64,000 nucleotides of DNA from Candidatus Binatia bacterium (lineage in GTDB: Bacteria > Desulfobacterota > Binatia > UBA9968 > JAJDTQ01): positions 34,788 to 98,787 of the forward strand of contig JAJDXX010000064.1 in assembly GCA_022823055.1 (NCBI GenBank), in the 5' to 3' direction. A model generated the notes under the pieces. The model was not told the DNA's origin. It ran no database searches and saw only the letters and a list, made by a program, of their open reading frames with translations. A program made the translations under genes and the position numbers. Of the stretch, positions 41,022 through 49,892 are shown piece after piece (positions within the stretch are counted from its first letter, which is position 1; each line of letters starts with the position of its first letter).

Positions 41022-41342
41022 ATGTGCACGATGATCGCCAAAAAGGTCGTTATGGAGGGCAGCGGCAAGCAGTCGGAGGACTGGTTCAAGGTCAACCAGG
41101 CCAACGTCGCCTATGACCATCCCTACCATGTCTTCCGGGAGCACTCCCTCAACATCGATTTCGTCAACGAGGACGAGGGAACCGGCGCCCGCGTGGCCGT
41201 GGAGTTGAGCGTGGAGTCGGCCCGCAAGCTGGTGGACACCATCCTCAACGTGCTGGACGAGGCGGAGCGCGGCGGCTGGATCGACGAAAACGAAGGGCCG
41301 GAGGTGCACATGCCTCCAGTGAAAAGCTCGGGAACCCTGTAG
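41022..41342 (+). CDS. small acidic hypothetical protein (DUF6295-like by recollection)
   Basis: ATG at 41022 after GAAAGGAGA. MCTMIAKKVVMEGSGKQSEDWFKVNQANVAYDHPYHVFREHSLNIDFVNEDEG... Confidence 0.55.
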   Translation: MCTMIAKKVVMEGSGKQSEDWFKVNQANVAYDHPYHVFREHSLNIDFVNEDEGTGARVAVELSVESARKLVDTILNVLDEAERGGWIDENEGPEVHMPPVKSSGTL

Positions 41343-41372
41343 ACGGCTCCCAGGCAGGACGGCTTTCCCGGA

Positions 41373-41410
41373 GTCAGCCTTCCGGCCCGCGCGGGACGCG
41401 GAAGGCTGAC
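41373..41410. terminator. long hairpin between convergent genes (bidirectional terminator candidate)
   Basis: GTCAGCCTTCCG...CGGAAGGCTGAC forms a 12-bp stem with an inner CCCGC/GCGGG pairing. Confidence 0.6.
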
Positions 41411-41442
41411 CCCTCAATCTCCCAACACACTGATTCCAGGCG

Positions 41443-42480
41443 CTACGCCTGGGCCGGCACGGCGGCGATCTCGCTCACCGGCACCCCATAGAAATCTGCG
41501 GCATTCCGGCACAGGATGCGCTGCTTGTTCTCCTCGGTGAGATCGTCGCGCCGGCGCAGCTTCTCCACCGAGTGGGGCCAGTCCGTATCCCAGTGCGGAT
41601 TGTCCGACGAGTACAGCAGGCAGCGGTCGCCGATGTGGCGGATCGCGTCGGGGATGGTGAGTTCCTCGCACTCCACGCCGAAGTAGCACCGGCCGCTCTT
41701 CACGTACTCGCTGGGCGCGCGCTTGCACAGCGGCGCCTCCACGTCGCCGCGCTTCTCCCACTCCTCGTCCAGACGGTCCATCCAGTAGGGCACCCAGCCG
41801 GCGCCCGACTCCAGGAAGCCCACCTTGAGCCCCGGGTAGCGCTCCAGCACGCCGCCGAAGATGAGCTGGGTCATGGCGATCATCTGCTCGAACGGGTGGG
41901 TCACCGCGTGGATGGCCAGGAACTTGTCGAAGCGGTCTGTGCCGGCCGCGTCGCGCGGCTGGCTGTGGATGGCCAACGGCACGTTGAGCCGCTCGGTTGC
42001 GGCGTAGAACGGATCCAGCTCGCGGTCCGAGAGCTTGCGCCAAGCCACGTAGGTGGGCACCTGCACTGCCACCATGCCCAACTCCACCAGCCGCTCCAAC
42101 TCCTCCACCGCGCTCTCCACCTCCTGCAGCGCGACGATGCCCACGCCCTTGATGCGCTCGGGCGAGGCGCCGCAGAACTCGTGCAGCCACCCGTTGTAGG
42201 CGTTGGCCAGCACGCGCGCCCGCGCGGGGTCGCGCACGTTGCCGATGCCCAGCCCCGCCGTGGGGAAGAGCACCGCGGTGTCGATGCCCTCGGCGTCGAT
42301 GTCCGAAAGCTCGCGCTCGGGGTCCGCCACCCGATGCCCCATGCGTCCCAGGTTCCGGTCCCAGCCGTCGTGGGGGTACAATTCGCGGGCGGAGCTGTAG
42401 GGCTCCGGAACCCGCTCCCGATAGGCGGTCATGGGCTCGGTCAGGTGGCCGTCCGCGTCGATGACTGGATATCCGATCAT
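41443..42480 (-). CDS. amidohydrolase_2 family protein (ACMSD/LigW-type metal-dependent hydrolase/decarboxylase), paralogue A
   Basis: MIGYPVIDADGHLTEP... has the HxH-like start typical of amidohydrolase_2. ...VPLAIHSQ... Confidence 0.85.
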   Translation of the reverse strand: MIGYPVIDADGHLTEPMTAYRERVPEPYSSARELYPHDGWDRNLGRMGHRVADPERELSDIDAEGIDTAVLFPTAGLGIGNVRDPARARVLANAYNGWLHEFCGASPERIKGVGIVALQEVESAVEELERLVELGMVAVQVPTYVAWRKLSDRELDPFYAATERLNVPLAIHSQPRDAAGTDRFDKFLAIHAVTHPFEQMIAMTQLIFGGVLERYPGLKVGFLESGAGWVPYWMDRLDEEWEKRGDVEAPLCKRAPSEYVKSGRCYFGVECEELTIPDAIRHIGDRCLLYSSDNPHWDTDWPHSVEKLRRRDDLTEENKQRILCRNAADFYGVPVSEIAAVPAQA

Positions 42481-42589
42481 GGTGTGTTCCCCTTCTTACG
42501 CCGTTGTGTGAACAACAATTCGATAGCGGGATGGCCAGGATCCACGGCCCGGCGACGAGCCTGACCGAACGACCCCGCAGTCCCAAGAG

Positions 42590-43666
42590 CTACAGGCCGT
42601 AGAACCGCCGCGGGTTGTCCTCCACGATCTTGGTGTGCATGGCCGCGCTGATGCCGCCGTCCTCCTTGAGCGAGGTGAGTGCCTCCAGCTCCGTGGACGA
42701 GTCGGCATGCCCGTAGTCCGTGCCGATCATCAACGTACCCTCGCCGGCCTGTTGCATCAGATACGGCACGTCGTCGCCGATCTGGCAGGTCACGAACAGG
42801 TTGTATTCGTGCAACAGATCCTCCGGCAGCTTGTCGTCCACCGTGTCCAGCCGGCGGCGCAACTCGTAGACCACCCACGGAATCCACGACGCCGCGGTCT
42901 CGATGAAGCCGAACCGCAGTCTGGGAAACGTCTTGGGCACACTGGAGCTCACGAGCCGGAAGAAGGCGCCCACGTTGAAGATGCGGTACTGGTTGAAAAA
43001 CTCGCGGCTGCCGTCGGGGTTGGACATCATGTCCACCAGGCTGGCGTTGCCGTTGGACTGGTGCAGCCCGATGCACAGGTCCAGCTTCGAGGCCTCCTCG
43101 TAGATCGGGAAGAAAAACGGGTCGTCCACGGGGCGAGGACCCTCCATGGGCCGCATGAAGACGCCGCAGGCGCCGTTCTCCTTGGCGAAGCGCAACTGGT
43201 CCATGGCATCCGGCATGCTGAGAAACGGCAGCACGCACATCCAGCGCAGCCGTCCCTGGCCTTCCTTCCAGATGTCCGCCAGCCAGCGGTTGTAGGCGCC
43301 GCACAGGGCCACGTCCACTTCCGGCCGCTCGGTGCACTGGTCCAGGAAGATGCTCGTGTAGAGCACCTGAACGTCGATGCCCAGCTCGTCCATGTGCGCC
43401 AGCCGCGCCCCCACGTTGGCCACGTCGCGGGTCTCCATGCTGGTGGTCATCTGCCTGCCGGTCCTGCGCGACCGCTCTACCAGTGCCTCCTCCGTGAACG
43501 TGAACCGGAACAGCCCCCGGATCTTCCCGTCGATGACCCAGTTCTGCCGCTGCGTCCCGTCGTTCGGGTCGAAGAGTGCAGGCCGGTATTTCTGCTCCGA
43601 CGGCGTGAGATAGTCCCACGTACGCGGGCTCTCGACGACATGCGCGTCAGCGTCTACCCATCCCAT
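42590..43666 (-). CDS. amidohydrolase_2 family protein, paralogue B
   Basis: MGWVDADAHVVESP...LCIGLHQSN...GTDYGHADS. Confidence 0.85.
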   Translation of the reverse strand: MGWVDADAHVVESPRTWDYLTPSEQKYRPALFDPNDGTQRQNWVIDGKIRGLFRFTFTEEALVERSRRTGRQMTTSMETRDVANVGARLAHMDELGIDVQVLYTSIFLDQCTERPEVDVALCGAYNRWLADIWKEGQGRLRWMCVLPFLSMPDAMDQLRFAKENGACGVFMRPMEGPRPVDDPFFFPIYEEASKLDLCIGLHQSNGNASLVDMMSNPDGSREFFNQYRIFNVGAFFRLVSSSVPKTFPRLRFGFIETAASWIPWVVYELRRRLDTVDDKLPEDLLHEYNLFVTCQIGDDVPYLMQQAGEGTLMIGTDYGHADSSTELEALTSLKEDGGISAAMHTKIVEDNPRRFYGL

Positions 43667-43797
43667 TGGATCGGTCTCCTTCCGTGGATAGCTGTGCGAT
43701 ACGGTCCGAGATTATCCGGGTTGAAGCGAGGCAGTCAACCCGCTTTTGACGGATGCCGAAGGCTGCGGTGTTAGGAGGGGTTGCCGCACCGCTCACG

Positions 43798-44015
43798 TCA
43801 ACGTTCAATGCCGGGACAAGCATCAAAGCCTTGGTCGAAGCTCAAGATGCGCTGGATACCGGCTCGGTGCATCACGGCCACATGTAACGCATCACATGTC
43901 GACAGGCCCTCAATTCATCGAGGAGTGCTCTGGCCGCGCGGACCTCCGGGATGCCAGAGTGAACACGTCGTCGGTGAGGACATCCAGGCTCCCAAATGCG
44001 GCGTCGATAGCGGCT
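43798..44015 (-). pseudogene. decayed PIN-domain (VapC-like) toxin gene, C-terminal two-thirds with at least two frameshifts
   Basis: Minus-strand frames read ...FGSLDVLTDDVFTLA / [16 protein letters not shown] / [35 protein letters not shown]. The last block is a typical PIN C-terminus (DAL...SFD). Confidence 0.5.
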
Positions 44016-44055
44016 GGCCGAAGTGATAGTTGAGGAGTGTACAAGGAGGTCGGAG

Positions 44056-44230
44056 ATGGGCAAGAAGTCGACGTTGAGCGCGGAGCAGCGGACGCAGTTG
44101 GTATGCGGTTGATGGGCAAGGAGGAGCCGGCGGCGCAGATAGCGCGGGGTATCGTGTTCCCGGCCTGTCTGACGGACGATCATGAGTCATTGGAAAGGCA
44201 TCCAAAGAGCACGCGCGCAACACTTCTGTT
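44056..44230 (+). mobile_element. remnant of an IS-type transposase OrfA (HTH) gene
   Basis: AAGGAGG then ATG opens MGKKSTLSAEQRTQLV, followed by a stop. The next frame continues LMGKEEPAAQIARG..., then GVS..., then HWKGIQ. This resembles the IS3-like OrfA pattern but is broken. Confidence 0.35.
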
Positions 44231-44260
44231 GACCTTGGCGCCTCCGTCGTGTAACCTTCG

Positions 44261-44449
44261 ATGAATGCTCAAGAACTCCGTCGCTGGCTCAGGAAGCGTG
44301 GCTGCACGTTTCATACCCACAAGGGGGGCAGCGGTCATGTCACAATCCGACGGGGAGACCGCACGTCGCAGTTGCCGATGCACGGCGGCAACAGGGAATT
44401 AGGGCCAAGTCTCGTGGCCAAGATCAAGAAGGATCTCGGGTTGAACTGA
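44261..44449 (+). CDS. hicA: HicA mRNA-interferase toxin
   Basis: 62 aa. ...LRKRGCTFHTHKGGSGHVTIRRGDRTSQLPMHGGNRELGPSLVAKIKKDLGL is canonical HicA. Confidence 0.92.
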   Translation: MNAQELRRWLRKRGCTFHTHKGGSGHVTIRRGDRTSQLPMHGGNRELGPSLVAKIKKDLGLN

Positions 44450-44865
44450 TGCTGGCGTATCCAATCGTACTCGAAGACGACGAAGACACCCTGCTTGCCA
44501 CCTCCGTGGACTTTCCGGAACTCACGACCTTTGGGACTGACAGAGAAGACGCCCTAGCACGGGCGGCCGACGCACTGGAGGAGGCGATAGCGGCCCGTAT
44601 TCATGACGGCCGGGATATTCCACCACCGTCAACCGGCCGTCAGGTGGCTGTGCTACCGACGCTCACCGCCATCAAAGTGATGCTCTATCAAGAGATGCGG
44701 GAACAAGGCGTCGGCAAGGCGGAACTCGCGCGCCGCCTCGGCTGGCACCTGCCACAAGTAGATCGGATACTAGACATCCACCACAACTCCCGGATGGATC
44801 AGGTGGACGCGGCGATGGGGGCGATGGGACGACATCTGCAAGTCAGGGCTTCAGCCCGACGATAA
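44449..44865 (+). CDS. hicB: HicB antitoxin with C-terminal HTH
   Basis: 138 aa. Its ATG overlaps the hicA TGA by 1 nt. Has an N-terminal HicB fold (YPIVLEDDEDTLLATSVDFPELTTFG) and a C-terminal HTH (GVGKAELARRLGWHLPQVDRIL). Confidence 0.9.
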   Translation: MLAYPIVLEDDEDTLLATSVDFPELTTFGTDREDALARAADALEEAIAARIHDGRDIPPPSTGRQVAVLPTLTAIKVMLYQEMREQGVGKAELARRLGWHLPQVDRILDIHHNSRMDQVDAAMGAMGRHLQVRASARR

Positions 44866-45086
44866 GAAGCTGAGCACGGCCGCAAGCCTGACGGAACGGA
44901 AACGCACCATTGGCGAGTTGTGGCACCGCAAGAGCAACGGCCGCGGCGTCTTCGTACTGGCAGAAAAGTCGGTAGGCGGCAAGGATGTGCGAACGCAGAT
45001 CCTCGAAAAGCTTATCGCCTCGTAACCCATTTGATACGGGTGATCCCCGTCACACAGCGAATCAACACCACCTGAAGGAGGCCACC

Positions 45087-46202
45087 ATGCCCGGCGTCGT
45101 CGATGCGGACACGCATATTATCGAGCATCCGGAGATGTGGGAGCTTTTCGATCCTGAGCTATACCAGCGACGGCCGGTACTGGCGTCGACCACGGCAGAC
45201 AGTGTCTATGGGGAAAACAACCAAGTATGGCTCATCGACGGCATGGCGGTGCCCAAGCGTTTCGGCAAGGGCAGCGCGTTGGTAGCGGTGGGTGGCTCGG
45301 ACCGAGAGAATGCCCGCACCGACATCGCGGCGTCAGTGAGGTACGTCACGGACCCGGCGGCGCGGGTGCGGGACATGGACAGACGCGGGGTGCACACTGA
45401 GGTAGTGTACCCTACCCTGCTGCTGAGCTACCTGGAGGTTGACGTTGGCCTGGAGGTGGCTATCTGCCGGGCCTACAACCGCTTTCTCGGCCAGGCGTGG
45501 AAGACGGCCGGGGACCGGCTGCGATGGGTGGTGGTGCCGCCGTTGCGGGACATGGACGCGTCGGTGCGGGAGATCGAGACGTCCCGGGACCACGGCGCGG
45601 TGGGGGTGTTCTTCCGCGGGGTTGAGGGGGACCGCTCGCTGGCGGAATCGTATTTCTTTCCGGTGTACGAGGCGGCCAACCGGCTGGGCATGGCCATCTG
45701 CATCCATACCGGCGCCGGTGCGCCGGACATCACCAAGGTGTTCGACCGGAACTTCAGCCACAACCTGCCCCACGTGCGCTCGCTGCCGCTGTTCGCGTTT
45801 CGCGACCTGGTTGCGCACAAGATCCCGGAGCGCTTTCCCAACCTGCGCTTCGGCTTCATCGAGGCTTCGGCGTCGTGGGTGCCCTACGTGCTTCACCATC
45901 TGCAACGGGCCAGCGGCGCCCGGCTCAACGCCGGCGGCGACGCGGACGCGTCACTCGACTGGGGCCCCGGCCTGTTCCGCGACTACCGGCTCTACGTGGC
46001 CGCGGAAGCGGACGAGGACCTGCCCTACCTGCTCACCCACATCGGCGAGGACCACATCATCATGGGCTCCGACTACGGCCACCAGGACCAGTCCCGGGAG
46101 GACGGCATGGTGGCGGTGATGCGGCGCAAGGAAGACGTCTCGCCCGAGGTGGTGGAGAAGATCCTCTGCGACAATCCGCGCCGGTTCTACGGGCTCGACT
46201 GA
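45087..46202 (+). CDS. amidohydrolase_2 family protein, paralogue C
   Basis: ATG at 45087 after GAAGGAGG. MPGVVDADTHIIEHP...AICIHTGAG...GSDYGHQDQS. Confidence 0.85.
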   Translation: MPGVVDADTHIIEHPEMWELFDPELYQRRPVLASTTADSVYGENNQVWLIDGMAVPKRFGKGSALVAVGGSDRENARTDIAASVRYVTDPAARVRDMDRRGVHTEVVYPTLLLSYLEVDVGLEVAICRAYNRFLGQAWKTAGDRLRWVVVPPLRDMDASVREIETSRDHGAVGVFFRGVEGDRSLAESYFFPVYEAANRLGMAICIHTGAGAPDITKVFDRNFSHNLPHVRSLPLFAFRDLVAHKIPERFPNLRFGFIEASASWVPYVLHHLQRASGARLNAGGDADASLDWGPGLFRDYRLYVAAEADEDLPYLLTHIGEDHIIMGSDYGHQDQSREDGMVAVMRRKEDVSPEVVEKILCDNPRRFYGLD

Positions 46203-46258
46203 TCCCTTGAGATTTCCCCGCCCGCGCCCTAAGTTCAGGTGCAGGTTTGGAGGACCAC

Positions 46259-47719
46259 ATGAGCAAGGACATCACCTTCGTCGACACCACCCTGCGCGAC
46301 GGGCACCAGAGCCTGTGGGCGGAGAACATGACCACGGGCATGATGCTTTCCGTGGCGGACCAGATGGACCGGGCGGGGTTCGAGGCCATGGAGCTGATCT
46401 CCGGCTCGCACCTCAAGAAGTGCGTGCGCGAGTTGAAGGAGGACCCGTGGGAGCGGGTGCGGCTGGTAGCGCAACGCATCACGGAGACGCCGCTCCGGGT
46501 CATCGCGGGCCGGGTCAACACGTTCGAGTTCAACCCGCTGTCCATGTACCGGCTGTTCATGGAGCGCATGGCGGCCAACGGCATCCGCGAAGCGCGCATC
46601 TCCGAGGAGTGGAACGACTACGCGGGGTGGAAACGCAAGGTGGAGGTGTCGCGGGAAGTGGGCATCAAGCCCATCATCAACATGATCTACTCGGTGTCTC
46701 CGAAGCACACCGACGAGTACTTCGCGCAGAAGACCCGCGAAGCCGCCTCCCTGGAGGTGCCGATCATCTGCCTCAAGGACCCCGGCGGCCTGCTCACGCC
46801 GGAACGCATGCGCACGCTGGTGCCGGTGATGTACGAGAACTGCAACGGCATCCCCATCGAGCTGCACACCCACTGCACCACCGGCCTGGGGCCGCTGTGC
46901 TGCCTGGAGGCCCTGGAACTGGGCATCCGCAGCATCAACACCGCGGTGCCGCCCCTGGCGGACAGCTCCTCCAACCCCAACGTCTTCAACGTCGTGAGCA
47001 ACGCCCGCGCGCTGGGCTACAACCCGCTGGTGGACGAGGCGGTGCTGGAGCCCGTCTCCGAGCATTTCATCGCCGTCGCTAGGCGCGAGGGCTTCCCCAT
47101 CGGCAAGCCGGTGGAATACGACTACGCCCAGTACCAGCACCAGGTGCCGGGCGGCATGCTGTCCAACCTGCAGCACCAGCTCGACAAGGTGCGGCTCGGC
47201 GACCGCTTCCCGCGGGCGCTGGAAGAGTCCATCCAGGTTCGCGCCGAGTTCGGCTACCCCATCATGGTGACGCCGCTGTCCCAGTTCGTGGGCAGCCAGG
47301 CGGCGCTCAACGTCATCGTCGGGGAACGCTACAAGGAGGTCACCGACCAGGTGATCCGCTACGCCCTCGGGCGCGCCGGCGAGGAAGGCGCCCGGCTCAT
47401 GGACCCCAACGTCAAGGACAAGATCCTCGACCGGCCGCGGGCGCGGGAGATCGCGGCGCAGGAGCCGGAGGAGACGCCGCTCTCCGAGATGCGCGCCCGT
47501 CTGGGCGGCGATGGGGTGTCGGACGAGGAGCTGCTGCTGCGCTGGCTCATGAGCGAGGAGGAGATCGCCGCGATGCGCGCGGCCGCGCCGCCCCAGGCCT
47601 ACGTGAGCACGCGGCCGCCGATGGTGGCGCTGGTGGAGCAACTGGCCGGCAAGTCCGACCTGGCGCACGTGCGCGTGACCAAGGGCGATCTTTCGGTGAC
47701 GCTGAACCGGGCCGAATAA
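46259..47719 (+). CDS. HMGL-like carboxyltransferase (oxaloacetate decarboxylase alpha / pyruvate carboxylase B type) without biotinyl domain
   Basis: ATG at 46259 after [23 protein letters not shown]...[11 protein letters not shown]. There is no (A/V)MKM biotinylation motif anywhere in the ORF. Confidence 0.85.
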   Translation: MSKDITFVDTTLRDGHQSLWAENMTTGMMLSVADQMDRAGFEAMELISGSHLKKCVRELKEDPWERVRLVAQRITETPLRVIAGRVNTFEFNPLSMYRLFMERMAANGIREARISEEWNDYAGWKRKVEVSREVGIKPIINMIYSVSPKHTDEYFAQKTREAASLEVPIICLKDPGGLLTPERMRTLVPVMYENCNGIPIELHTHCTTGLGPLCCLEALELGIRSINTAVPPLADSSSNPNVFNVVSNARALGYNPLVDEAVLEPVSEHFIAVARREGFPIGKPVEYDYAQYQHQVPGGMLSNLQHQLDKVRLGDRFPRALEESIQVRAEFGYPIMVTPLSQFVGSQAALNVIVGERYKEVTDQVIRYALGRAGEEGARLMDPNVKDKILDRPRAREIAAQEPEETPLSEMRARLGGDGVSDEELLLRWLMSEEEIAAMRAAAPPQAYVSTRPPMVALVEQLAGKSDLAHVRVTKGDLSVTLNRAE

Positions 47720-47735
47720 CGCAGGAGGAGCCGTC

Positions 47736-49364
47736 ATCGCCACTCACCGCCTGACCGATCTGCCGGCGTGGAAAGCCCTCGCCGCCCACTATCGCAAGAT
47801 CAAGGACGTGCACCTGCGCGCGCTCTTCGCCGAGGACGCGACCCGCGGCGAGCGCTTCGCGGTGGAGGGCGCGGGGCTCTATCTCGACTACTCCAAGAAC
47901 CGCGTCACCGACGAGACCCTGGAACTCCTGCTGAAGCTGGCCGGGGCCACCGGCCTGCGGGCGCACATCGACGCCATGTTCGGCGGCGAGCGCATCAACG
48001 TCACCGAGGGGCGGCCGGTGCTGCACGTGGCGCTGCGCGCGCCGCGCGGCCAGCGGATCCTGGTGGACGGCGAGGACGTAGTGCCCGAGGTGCACGCGGT
48101 GCTGGACCGGATGGCCTCCTTCGCCGACCGGGTGCGCTCGGGCGAGTGGAAGGGGCACACCGGCAAGCGCATCCGCAACGTGGTCAACATCGGCATCGGC
48201 GGCTCGGACCTGGGACCGGTGATGGCCTGCGAGGCGCTCCGGCACTACAGCGACCGCTCCCTCGACCTGGGCTTCGTCTCCAACGTGGACGCCACCGACT
48301 TCGCCGAGACCGTCCAGGGGCTGGACCCGGCGGAGACCCTGTTCATCGTAAGCTCCAAGACCTTCACCACGCTGGAGACGCTCCAGAACGCCCACACGGC
48401 GCGGGAATGGTGCCTCGCCGCGCTCAAGGACGAGGCCGCCGTGGCCAGGCACTTCGTGGCCGTGTCCACCAACCACGAGGAGGTGCGGCGCTTCGGCATC
48501 GACACCGACAACATGTTCGGCTTCTGGGACTGGGTCGGGGGCCGCTATTCCTACGACTCGGCCATCGGCCTGTCGCTGATGATCGCCGTGGGTCCGGACA
48601 ACTTCCTGGCCATGCTCGGCGGCCTGCATACCATGGACGAGCACTTCCGCACGGCGCCCTTCGAGCAGAACCTCCCGGTGCTGCTGGGCCTCCTGGGCAT
48701 CTGGTACAACAACTTCTTCGGCGCCGAGACCCATTCCATCCTGCCCTACGACCAGTACCTCTGGCGCCTGAGCGCCTACTGCCAGCAGCTCGACATGGAG
48801 AGCAACGGCAAGCACGTGACCCTGGACGGCGACACCGTGGACTACCAGACCGGCCCGATCATCTGGGGCCAGCCCGGCACCAACGGCCAGCACGCCTACT
48901 ACCAGTTGATCCACCAGGGAACGAAGCTGATCCCATGCGATTTCATCGGCTTCTGCCGGACCCTCAACCCCCTGGGCAACCACCACGACCTCCTCATGGC
49001 CAACCTCTTCGCCCAGACCGAGGCCCTGGCCTTCGGCAAGACCGGGGAGGAAGCCGCCGCGGAGGGCATGCCCGCCTTCCAGGTGCCGCACCGGACCTTC
49101 GAGGGCAACCGTCCCACCAACACTATCCTGGCCGAGCGGCTCGACCCCGAAACCCTGGGCGAGATCATCGCCCTCTACGAGCACAAGGTCTTCATCCAGG
49201 GCTCCATCTGGGGCATCAACTCCTTTGACCAGTGGGGCGTCGAACTGGGCAAGGCCCTGGCGCAGCGCATCGTCCCCGAACTGGAAAGCGAGACGGCGCC
49301 GGAACTGGACCACGACAGCTCGACGAACGCGTTGATACGGCGCTACCGGCGTTTACGTGGGTGA
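47736..49364 (+). CDS. pgi: glucose-6-phosphate isomerase
   Basis: Strong full-length similarity to Pgi ([32 protein letters not shown]-type motifs). Conserved N-terminus [20 protein letters not shown] lies upstream of the first GTG (47808). The proposed start is ATC at 47736, 7 nt after AGGAGG. Confidence 0.85.
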   Translation: MATHRLTDLPAWKALAAHYRKIKDVHLRALFAEDATRGERFAVEGAGLYLDYSKNRVTDETLELLLKLAGATGLRAHIDAMFGGERINVTEGRPVLHVALRAPRGQRILVDGEDVVPEVHAVLDRMASFADRVRSGEWKGHTGKRIRNVVNIGIGGSDLGPVMACEALRHYSDRSLDLGFVSNVDATDFAETVQGLDPAETLFIVSSKTFTTLETLQNAHTAREWCLAALKDEAAVARHFVAVSTNHEEVRRFGIDTDNMFGFWDWVGGRYSYDSAIGLSLMIAVGPDNFLAMLGGLHTMDEHFRTAPFEQNLPVLLGLLGIWYNNFFGAETHSILPYDQYLWRLSAYCQQLDMESNGKHVTLDGDTVDYQTGPIIWGQPGTNGQHAYYQLIHQGTKLIPCDFIGFCRTLNPLGNHHDLLMANLFAQTEALAFGKTGEEAAAEGMPAFQVPHRTFEGNRPTNTILAERLDPETLGEIIALYEHKVFIQGSIWGINSFDQWGVELGKALAQRIVPELESETAPELDHDSSTNALIRRYRRLRG

Positions 49365-49387
49365 GGGGCCCCCTTCTGCCCCTGCCG

Positions 49388-49475
49388 GACGATCTCTTCC
49401 TTGCATTCGGCCCGGACGCAACTTGGTTTTCGACCACCGGATGCGGCTGCCGCGACATCCCAACGGGCTTCGTTT
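49388..49475 (+). pseudogene. decayed fragment of an L-serine dehydratase (sdaA-like) gene
   Basis: Aligns by eye to 51521-51609 of the intact sdaA at about 80% identity with one 1-nt indel. Encodes DDLFLAFGPDA/LVFDHRMRLPRHPNGLRF. Confidence 0.75.
49456..49475 (+). repeat. left copy of the exact 20-bp direct repeat CATCCCAACGGGCTTCGTTT
   Basis: Identical 20-mer at 51590-51609. Homology ends at its 3' edge. Confidence 0.85.
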
Positions 49476-49489
49476 TCTATCTCCTCCAC

Positions 49490-49528
49490 TTGACTTATAG
49501 CTCTAAAAGCGTTACCTATTGCGTAACG
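49490..49528 (+). promoter_or_regulatory. candidate higBA promoter and operator
   Basis: TTGACT (49490-49495), a 17-nt spacer, then TACCTA. An inverted repeat CGTTAC-N7-GTAACG (49510-49528) overlaps the -10. Confidence 0.45.
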
Positions 49529-49544
49529 TGATTGAGCCGCTTCA

Positions 49545-49880
49545 ATGGACATCGTTTTCCGCACCCGCAAACTCGAAAGGACCTTCAACAGCGTGGCTGC
49601 GTTGCAGAAGACCTATGGGGCGCAGATGGCCAACGTCATCATGATGCGAATGGCGGTTCTCAGGGCAGCCCATAACCTGGCCTTGGTGCCGACCACCAGA
49701 CCGGATAGGCGACATCAGCTCAGCGGGGATCGGGCGGGACAGTTCGCCATCGATCTCGTCCACCCCCATCGGCTCGTATTCGAACCCAGTACCCAGCCAC
49801 CCCCGCGCAATGACGACGGAGGGATCAACGCGCAACAGGTCACCGCGATCACGATCTTGGACGTGATCGACTATCACTAA
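49545..49880 (+). CDS. higB: HigB-type (plasmid-maintenance killer) toxin, RelE/ParE superfamily
   Basis: 111 aa. ...FRTRKLERTFNS... and the C-terminal ...ITILDVIDYH are typical of the HigB/killer family. Confidence 0.85.
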   Translation: MDIVFRTRKLERTFNSVAALQKTYGAQMANVIMMRMAVLRAAHNLALVPTTRPDRRHQLSGDRAGQFAIDLVHPHRLVFEPSTQPPPRNDDGGINAQQVTAITILDVIDYH

Positions 49881-49892
49881 GGGAGGAGACAC

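Noticed and set aside
47808-47810. GTG at 47808 as the pgi start (as in the ORF track)
   Set aside because: It would delete about 24 conserved N-terminal residues that are clearly encoded in frame upstream. See the finding on the ATC start.
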